Positions 10,042 to 18,101 of a stretch of 18,101 bases of DNA are shown in pieces. The position numbers were made by a program, and so were the translations under genes. The DNA is from Octopus sinensis (lineage: Eukaryota). The stretch spans positions 1 to 18,101 of the forward strand of contig NW_021824587.1 of assembly GCF_006345805.1 (NCBI RefSeq), in the 5' to 3' direction. Numbering within the stretch: the first letter of the stretch is position 1; every line of letters starts with the position of its first letter. The notes below the pieces were generated by a model, which saw only the letters and a program-made list of their open reading frames with translations, made no database searches and was not told where the DNA came from.

Positions 10042-10316
10042 ATATATATATGGTCAAAGTCACCCGACAGTAAATCAAAGTTCCATAAATACTTAATGTT
10101 TAATTCCTTCCAATTTCTTCCGATTATGAATGTTTAATAGTTGAATGCTGTGAGTTACAATCACCTCCCCCCCAACATTTGTCTATTTATTAGCAAACTC
10201 TCATATAGAATAACTCTTTGTTTTAATCTTGGAATTAAATGGGTTTTTGTTTACTGTAAGGTGATTTTTGGCCAATTTTGTATATATACACACCCATATA
10301 TATATATACATATATG

Positions 10317-10374
<58 letters not shown>

Positions 10375-10620
10375 CTTAGATTGGTTCGGCCTTTATTGGC
10401 CCAGGCCATGACTAACGTAGTAGCACCACCTGGAAAAGTCTTTTATTTAACTATTTCGGGACACCATGGACCACTCAAGCAGAGACTTGTTGTTGGTTAA
10501 GACGTATCCAGGTGTAGGTGGTTTATCCGATATTTCCTGGAGGAATTTGCCCAAGTACCGTTTGAAAGTTTGGTGGGGGTGTTTCTACTTTAATTTGTTT
10601 CGGGACACCCTTGTATCATT
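10375..10620 (-). mobile_element. CR1/L2-group (jockey-like) LINE ORF2 C-terminus and 3' UTR
   Basis: Minus frame 10569-10447 reads TFKRYLGKFLQEISDKPPTPGYVLTNNKSLLEWSMVSRNS*, fitting the FK..LD.FL..IPD.P..PGY....NSLL.W motif. Upstream YKGVPKQIKVETP lies in a shifted frame. A short 3' UTR runs into (TA)n. Confidence 0.75.
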
Positions 10621-11149
10621 TGACATACACACTATATCGTAGATTCGTTGCCATGTTAGTACTGTTTGGACTAAATATGCGGTTGTTTCAAATCCCTTAT
10701 TGTGGGTCTAGTTAATTCTAACATCAACTCTATATTATGCAGACAGATTAACTTCTGGAAACTTGCGCTTTCTTTTACACTGATTTTCATTTTCCCCAAA
10801 CGAACCATTGATCAGAACTACCGATGCAAAAATAATTAATGATTGTATTATAAAGGAAAAGGATAAAACTTTTTAATGAGAACCATGTGTGTGGTGCGAT
10901 GCATCTAGTGCAGATACATTCGGTTTCATACTTGTCAACTTTAGCTGCATGTCTCCTCGTTGTATCACATCCATTCCAATTCTTTTATGGGAAAATAAAG
11001 TACCATCCTTATTTGCAATGTCAGTTTACTCGAAAATTCTAAATGAAAAATCACGTAATGTTTGTGGTTTTAGACATCAGAGAGGCACTTCTTCAGACTT
11101 GCATCGAAGGTGTATTGTTACATGCTGCTATATATATATATATATATAT

Positions 11150-11574
11150 CAGAGCGGTCAGCAGCTGTTACCTCCCACGTGTCCACACAGATGTTGCAAG
11201 TCCTCAGGTCGCGCTTGCACGCATCCCTGTATCGTAGCTGTGGACGTCCCTTGGGTCGGGATCCCGTGGTGAGTTCGCTGTACAGGATGTCTTTAGGCAT
11301 GCGACCGCTCTGCCTGGCGTCGGACAGTGAAGAAAGGCGTTTCCATGGCTGAGGAAAGGAGAGCACAGCTGTGGTCGGACAGGCGGGACAGGAGGACAAC
11401 TGCAGCAACACCCCACACGTACCCATCGATGTTCGTGTGCAGCAACTGTACCAGGGACTGCCACTCTAGAATTGGACTGTTCAGTCACAGCAGACGCTGC
11501 TCATCATCAAAGTAGGCCCCACCCTTGGCGCGACCCATTGTCTATCAAGACAGACGGGGGAAGAAGAAAAAAAA
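11150..11574 (+). mobile_element. 5'-truncated RTE LINE with 5' inversion
   Basis: Minus segment 11307-11150 reads GRMPKDILYSELTTGSRPKGRPQLRYRDACKRDLRTCNICVDTWEVTAADRS. Plus segment 11303-11515 reads DRSAWRRTVKKGV...FVCSNCTRDCHSRIGLFSHSRRC...*. A 3' UTR and gaagaagaaaaaaaa tail follow. Confidence 0.92.
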
Positions 11575-11581
11575 TATATAG

Positions 11582-11790
11582 TTTCTTTATTATAGAGGGG
11601 ACAAACAAGGACAGACAAACGGATTAAGTCGATTACATCGACCCCAGTGCGTAACTGGTACTTAATTTTATCGTCCCCGAAAGAATGAAAGGCAAAGTCG
11701 ACCTCGGCGGAATTTGAACTCAGAACGTAACGGCAGACGAAATACGGCTACGCATTTCGCCCGGCGTGCCAACGGTTCGGCCAGCTCGCT
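11582..11790 (-). mobile_element. tRNA-derived Meta/MESC-like SINE, tail type B
   Basis: Homologous to 3531-3726 and 9459-9630. Confidence 0.88.
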
Positions 11791-11799
11791 AAATATATG

Positions 11800-11853
11800 C
11801 ATTTGATCTTTTATTTGTTTCAGTCATTAGATTGCGGTCATGCTGGGGCAGCT
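11800..11853 (-). mobile_element. Isolated 3' tail of the CORE-like SINE
   Basis: Reverse complement gctgccccagcatgaccgcaatctaatgactgaaacaaataaaag matches 14805-14850. Confidence 0.65.
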
Positions 11854-12168
11854 CCTTGAATTCTCAAGAAAATTCAGTAAATGCCAGAACGTAAGCGAGA
11901 AAGACAAATGAAAAGATACAAGATTTAATGATTAGTCACATACCAGGTTTTATTGTTACCACTTACATATTACATACGTAAATGTCCGCAATTCATCAGT
12001 GTGGCCCTTATTATTTAAATATATATCTATATCTATATGTGTGTGTGTGCGCCAGACCAGTACGAACGGTCATTATTTCCTCATAACTTACTTTCTTACT
12101 GAAGCTTACGTTAACCACAAATCTCAATAATATGCTTCCAAGATGTAGGTTACAATTATGTTGATGCA

Positions 12169-12169
<1 letters not shown>

Positions 12170-12238
<69 letters not shown>
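12170..12238 (+). repeat. (AC)n microsatellite
   Basis: Perfect AC run. Confidence 0.97.
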
Positions 12239-12242
<4 letters not shown>

Positions 12243-12663
12243 AATAAGCTCGTAACAAGCATTTAAAAATTCCTTTTCCGCTGCTGGCTATCACATGCCG
12301 TCCTACTTCAGGATACTTTCCAAGGCTGGATAAACATGTGGAATTCCGCTATTGTATAGGACTGCTTTATGAATTACATAGCGCGAAGATGGAAATAAGC
12401 AGGCGGTGCGTCACGTTGTGTTCTTGAGCAAAATACTTCATTTCATGTTGTTAACTGATCATGTGCACATCTGATATGCTCACTTGTACACCTGTACAGG
12501 CAATGACTGTTTGATGGAGGTAGTAAACCTATGTGCAACATAAATATTTGATCAGTATAAACAAATCATCTTTGTGGTTATTCGGCAAGACATTGCTGTG
12601 CACCGTTGTTTGTTGTCTAACGACGAGAGAGTCCTTTCTGAATATCTGTCTCAGCACGCATAC

Positions 12664-12698
12664 GCTCTCTGTCTCTGTCTCTGTCTCTGTCTGTCTGT

Positions 12699-12747
<49 letters not shown>

Positions 12748-12912
12748 CACACACATATACATACACATACATCCTACACACACAGCATATGCATTTGTAC
12801 ACCAAAAATATCCAATAAACATCCGTAGCTGATGATTCACTCCGTTGCCGTTCCAGGTGTCTTGTTCAAGCGAAACTGAATTACACATCCAGACACACGC
12901 TTTATATATATA

Positions 12913-13003
<91 letters not shown>

Positions 13004-13110
13004 CATACATATATACACACACATGCAGATACTGATACATTCAGACTTACAGACATATACTCGCACACAGGCGCACATGCACACACATATATGTGAGCAT
13101 ATATGTGTGT
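12664..13110 (+). repeat. Microsatellite cluster: (CTCTGT)n, (TC)n, (TA)n, (ACAT)n
   Basis: Direct reading; interrupted by a short non-repeat stretch at ~12790-12900. Confidence 0.85.
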
Positions 13111-13484
13111 GTGTGTATGCATTTATGTTTCTTCATCAATTATCGATTAGAAGCGGATCTGTGAGAAAAGATAATATTTGGCATTAAACTCGCTATTATG
13201 CCATTAAGCACAAGTAGTATTTTGTTTTGAGGAGTGGGTGGCCTTCACTCTCTCATTCTTTCGCACACACATAATCGTTTTTATATAACCGCTATCGATA
13301 AAACTACGAGGGGTAGGGTGGTGTAAAAAAGAACTCAAACCCACAAAGAAATATATATGCAAACCGCAGGAAACAAATACGTATTTATTCAATAAAGACA
13401 AACTAAGAAAAAAACAAAACAAAAACAACTTCAACAAATATACAAAGCAAAATCAATAAACCAATATTAGCTCTTCAACAGAAC

Positions 13485-13562
13485 ACACATACACACATAT
13501 GTATATATGTATATACATATATACATACATACATATATATATATACAACATATGTTATATAT

Positions 13563-13631
<69 letters not shown>

Positions 13632-13775
13632 TATATATACATACATACAATATATATAATATATATATATATATAGATATATATAGTATATATATATACA
13701 TACATATATAGATACATATATAACACAGGTATACAATATATAAGTATATATACATATATATATATAGTTATAAAG

Positions 13776-13810
<35 letters not shown>

Positions 13811-13821
13811 CATAAATAAAT

Positions 13822-13859
<38 letters not shown>

Positions 13860-13872
13860 TATATAATATATA

Positions 13873-13911
<39 letters not shown>

Positions 13912-13920
13912 CATAGATAT
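13485..13920 (+). repeat. Degenerate (TA)n tract
   Basis: Imperfect TA/CA mosaic; explains the Y/I-rich ORFs. Confidence 0.93.
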
Positions 13921-14265
13921 ATGCACCATAAACATAATCCATAAAGCAACAAAAGGCACCAGAGATACCACAACTGATAGGAAATATATGAAGAGGAATG
14001 CTTTTTTTACGGTTTAGTTCTTGCCAATTGTTATACGTTTTCATAGCATTACGATGTCATGCTAAGGCCACAAGCGGTGAATTGGTGCAATCATTAGAGT
14101 ATTGTGTTATTTTTTTTTGGGGTCCAGACTTTGAAAACGGATCCCACCTAGGTCAAACTCACTTTATCATTTGTTTTTTTTTTGTTTTAATCTTTCATCG
14201 GTTGATAAATTATGCACCAATCTAGTGTGATGTTAGTGGACCGAGAATGATATCTTACGCTTTAT

Positions 14266-14509
14266 CAATGGTTCCCAAACTTTCTCGGGCTGCCGCCCCT
14301 TTGGCACCCAGGCCGCATTCCTAGTGGCCCTGACCCATTTCTGCAGCAAATTCAAAACTGTATTTCGCAAATAAAACGTAATCCAATTAACCCCATTATT
14401 TTGTTGTTTTTACATCCATTGCCCCCTTTTTGGCCACCCTAATATCGCCCCACTTTTCTTTAACGCAGATTTCCCCACCGGATCTTTCCACTCATTTTGG
14501 AAAGCACTG
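14266..14509. mobile_element. 244-bp hAT-like MITE
   Basis: Left end CAATGGTTCCCAAA; right end TTTGGAAAGCACTG (reverse complement CAGTGCTTTCCAAA). These resemble hAT/Charlie CAGTGGTT ends. The 8-bp flanks match at only 5/8. Confidence 0.6.
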
Positions 14510-14541
14510 CTGTATATGTTTTTTTTGGTTTTTTTTTATAT

Positions 14542-14698
14542 GCGTAGGAGTGGCTGTGTGGTAACTTGCTTACGAACCACATGGTCCCGGGTTCAGTCCC
14601 ACTGCGTGGTACCTTGGGCAAGTGTCTTCTACTATAGCCTCGGGCCGACCAAAGCCTTGTGAGTGGATTTGGTTGACGGAAACAGAAAGGAGCCCGTC

Positions 14699-14738
<40 letters not shown>

Positions 14739-14850
14739 GACCGACAGAATAAGTACTAGGCTTGCAAAGAATAAGTCCCGGGGTCGATTTACTCGACTAA
14801 AGGTGGTGCTCCAGCATGGCCACAGTCAAATGACTGAAACGAGTAAAAGG
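14542..14850 (+). mobile_element. CORE-like tRNA SINE with internal (TA)n, near complete
   Basis: Head and CORE-like domain at 14542-14700, (TA)n at 14700-14732, 3' part at 14733-14850. Confidence 0.88.
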
Positions 14851-14999
14851 GTAAAGGAATGCCTACGTCGATATGGTAGTCAAGCTGTGAGTTAGCCAAA
14901 GTCGGCAGTCTTTCCTTCGGTTAAACGTCAGTAGTGACGAGAAAAGTTTCTCTTCAGCATTTATCAATGAGTGTTTGAACACAATTGAGAGTGATAGTA

Positions 15000-15486
15000 C
15001 AGTAACCTCTCAACTATCGCGGGTGTTACGTTCCAAACCCCACCGCGACAGGTGAAAATCCGCGAAATAGAAACATTGTACTGCATATATATATTTTTTA
15101 TTTTTATAATTTTTAAATATTTATTTTATTACTAATACAAAACAACACCACACACTCGCCTCCCGAGTTTCGTTTTCCATACAGAATATGCGATTCTTTG
15201 TTTATTCATCAACGGTACACTACGTATTTTCTTTTAATAGATATTAATTAATGTGTTATACAGTGCAGTAATGTACTGTATTTATTAGTTTATAAATTTT
15301 TAGGCGTGAAAATGCTTATTTTACCACAGAAATAATTGAAACCTAAAAAAATATGAATACCTATCGGCGGCAGAAACCCGTGACATACTGAGGAGTCTGT
15401 GATATAAGTTTGCATATATTAGCCACAAAAATCCGCGATGTGCTGAGGGTGCAATAGGTGAGCCGCGGTATGGCGAATCATTACAG
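15000..15486. mobile_element. pogo/Tigger-like MITE (~487 bp)
   Basis: TA|CAGTAACCTCTCAACTATCGCGG at the left and CCGCGGTATGGCGAATCATTACAG|TA at the right (imperfect TIRs); internal repeated AAAATCCGCGA. Confidence 0.6.
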
Positions 15487-16321
15487 TAAATGGTTGAGAA
15501 TGAATAGTTATGCATTCGTGGGCAGAAATTGGTTGAAGAGAACAATGTCGTGGAAGAGAGAAGGGAAAATAACGTCCATATTTTTTTCGGTCGGGTGGTC
15601 TTTGATGTGAGATTGAATACCAACATATACGAGGGAACTGCTCTCATTGACTAGAAACATATAACTCAGCTTTGCAGGCGTTTAGCAACTCATAAGCGTT
15701 GCTGTATATTCTGTAATGAAGACGAACGTTAATGTTTGGGACGTGTATTAATCTAGTTGCGTTGTGTATGTTTTGTCGCCAGAGATTGTGAAATTTTTAG
15801 CTTTTATATTAAAACACGCGTTTCAATGGAACAGGCTTTACGTGAAATAAACTGCTGTTATGAATGGGAAGATGTTACATACACGACCACAGTTATTTCT
15901 GCTTGACTGATCCTTCCAGTAAAAATAATCAATGATTCCTGCGCAGTGATTTTTTGGAGAAAAACTATCACACATACACACACATAAAGTATATATGTAT
16001 ATATGTGTGTGTATGCATATATATATGCATACACACATACATTCTCTCCCACTGTCTCTCTTTCTCTCTCTCACTCTCTCTCTATATATATATGAAGATG
16101 TATGTATCTATATCTATCAGTTTCTATAACTATGTATATAATCTATCTGTCTGTCTGTTTGTCTACCTCTGCATCAATCTTCATATATGAAATCTAATAT
16201 TTGAAAATGTGCTACTTTTGTTTTATGATATCATTTCCCTCACACACGTGTTAACTTGTTGGACGTAATCCCAAGTCAATCGCACACGTTGGGAACTTAG
16301 CTATACTATCTTACATATTAA

Positions 16322-16350
16322 ATACACACACACACACACACACATTATTA

Positions 16351-16406
<56 letters not shown>

Positions 16407-16689
16407 ATATTTTTGTATGAACTTTAGTGTTGATTGTATCTTTTCTTCATTGGTATAATTTAAAGTTTTCAGTTACTAGCATTCTTGTAACCTACAGGAT
16501 ATTGTAAGCCCACGTAGATAGCATATATATATATATATTTATCTGATACATAATATAACCTATGTATATGATATATACACACGCACATAAATATGCATAT
16601 ATGTATTGATATGTGTATATATATATATACAATATATATTGAAATAAATATATATTGATATATACAAATATATATATATATAATATATA

Positions 16690-16737
<48 letters not shown>

Positions 16738-16904
16738 AATATATTTATATATACATATATATATGCATAAATATACATTATTATGTAGATATATATGCAT
16801 ATATATATATACATAAATATAAATATTTATCTATATATCAATACATAGTTTGTAATGTATGTATATAATATATATCCATATATATATATGTATAGATATA
16901 TATA

Positions 16905-16961
<57 letters not shown>

Positions 16962-17160
16962 AATACATACCATATATATGTATGTCTCTGAATATATGTA
17001 CGCCTTACTACTTTATCATGGCCATGCATATATGTATGTGCGTATAACACACACATACACACAGACATGCACGCACGTATATATACACACAGAGAGGGAG
17101 AGAGGGAGGCAGAGAGAGAGAGAGAGGGTGAGAGGGTGAGAGAGAGAGTGAGAAGGTGAA
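16322..17160 (+). repeat. Microsatellite cluster: (AC)n, (ATT)n at 16345-16405, degenerate (TA)n at 16525-16980, (GA)n
   Basis: Direct reading. Confidence 0.92.
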
Positions 17161-17697
17161 ATAACAGGGTTCCATTATTCCATAACCTGTCTCTCTTTCA
17201 GTTGTTTTTCAACATAAAACAAATTGTATTCTTAACTCCCTACTGCAATTTCTTATTTTATCCACTTGGAGATTTCTTTTTATATACTATTTCCTTATTA
17301 TATTTCACAACTTTGTTAATACAGCCTCTATGCACGAACACTCTCGAACACACACACAAAAAAACATACATACATAGGCACACATACACACGCATACATA
17401 TTTATTCTATGCAGCTATTTTTTTTGTTGATATATTATACTTTATATATCTATATATATTCCAACCAAAAGTCTCCCTTCATCGTTATACAGACATTCAT
17501 CTGTCTTCCTCTCGTTGCAAAAAAGAGACGTTAAACCCTGCTCATCGACGGGAAGAAACCACAATTTCCAGTAAATTTATAACGTCTAGTAAATGCATTG
17601 AGTCCTCTTTTTCTCTCTTGCTTATCAAATTAAAGGCACACACACAAACACACACACACATATATGTATATGAATATATATATGCATACATATATGT

Positions 17698-17728
<31 letters not shown>

Positions 17729-17739
17729 ATATAAATAAA

Positions 17740-18101
17740 GTTAGATAAAGTTGGTTTATAGAATTACCCTGGGTTTCGCGTCCATAAAGTGCTTGGCTTT
17801 ATGGCGTATTATCAGATACATAAACCTGTTGGCTATATGCCCCTCTAGCGAGTGGCTTCTCTAGCAAGTGGCCTCTCTAGAATAATGAGGAGGAAAGGAC
17901 CTCGCTACTTAATGTCAACAATAGGGGATGTCTCCCTTTGGTTATCGATTGCAAGCGATCCTGTTATCTTCTAGGTTCCAATAGGCCAGTAGGAATTTCC
18001 TGAAGTGGAAGCACAGTCCGAAAATCTCCGTTCTGGAGTTAAAGATGTTCCCTGGGTCGAGGGAGTCCTTTAAAATCCTCGCCGTTCTGCTATGCATCAT
18101 T
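17740..18101 (-). mobile_element. Penelope-like element 3' end (GIY-YIG C-terminus plus pLTR), truncated by the window edge
   Basis: Minus frame ending at TAA 17942 reads TARILKDSLDPGNIFNSRTEIFGLCFHFRKFLLAYW, fitting the PLE LN.R.E....C.H..KF.L motif. CIAE lies upstream in a shifted frame. A hammerhead and (TA)n follow downstream. Confidence 0.75.
17753..17826 (-). ncRNA. Type I hammerhead ribozyme fold in the PLE pLTR
   Basis: Stem I GGTTTATGTAT / ATTCTATAAACC; core CTGATAA (17815-09, one deviation from CUGANGA); stem II CGCCATAAAG / CTTTATGGACGC; GAAA (17777-74); stem III CCC-A-GGG; GUA triplet, with predicted cleavage at 17765/17764. Confidence 0.72.

Noticed and set aside
10598-10615. 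TTTCGGGACACCCTTGTA, resembling a Tc1/mariner terminus
   Set aside because: No partner TIR, and it reads as YKGVPK in the LINE ORF2 remnant on the minus strand.
12395-12545. Degenerate SINE-like stretch (tgtgttcttgagcaaaatacttc...)
   Set aside because: No head, tail or second copy in the window to confirm it.
12825-12885. CTGATGA (12829-35)...GCGAAAC (GAAA at 12872-75), a possible hammerhead
   Set aside because: Stem II does not pair and there is no UH in the right place.
13467-14044. Y/I-rich ORFs (also at 16560-17139)
   Set aside because: They are (TA)n translations.
15321-15647. 108-aa minus-strand ORF
   Set aside because: It overlaps the Tigger-like MITE and has no recognisable motifs.
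18000-18024. Plus-strand CTGAAGTG...CCGAAA, hammerhead-like
   Set aside because: The core is wrong and there is no stem; it is the antisense of the PLE coding sequence.

Overview
AT-rich, microsatellite-dense eukaryotic non-coding DNA made almost entirely of transposon-derived and simple-repeat sequence. The repeat content looks like an octopus/coleoid cephalopod genome; this is an inference from SINE style and microsatellite load. No host protein-coding exon, rRNA, true tRNA or CRISPR array can be supported, and the long H/T/Y/I/V/C-rich ORFs are translations of microsatellites. Recognisable elements are: several tRNA-derived SINEs; an internally deleted mariner; four MITEs; fragments of R4/Dong-like, RTE and CR1/L2-like LINEs; an RTE copy with a twin-priming-type 5' inversion; and the 3' end of a Penelope-like element (PLE) with a type I hammerhead ribozyme fold. 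The most unusual structure is a ~570-bp head-to-head palindrome (4181-4750). Each arm is a tRNA-like Pol III head, a microsatellite and a tail carrying a minimal PLE-type hammerhead, and a 13-bp direct repeat flanks the whole. A second remnant of the same palindrome centre lies at 3727-3801. This may be a PLE-mobilised, hammerhead-bearing fold-back SINE family.
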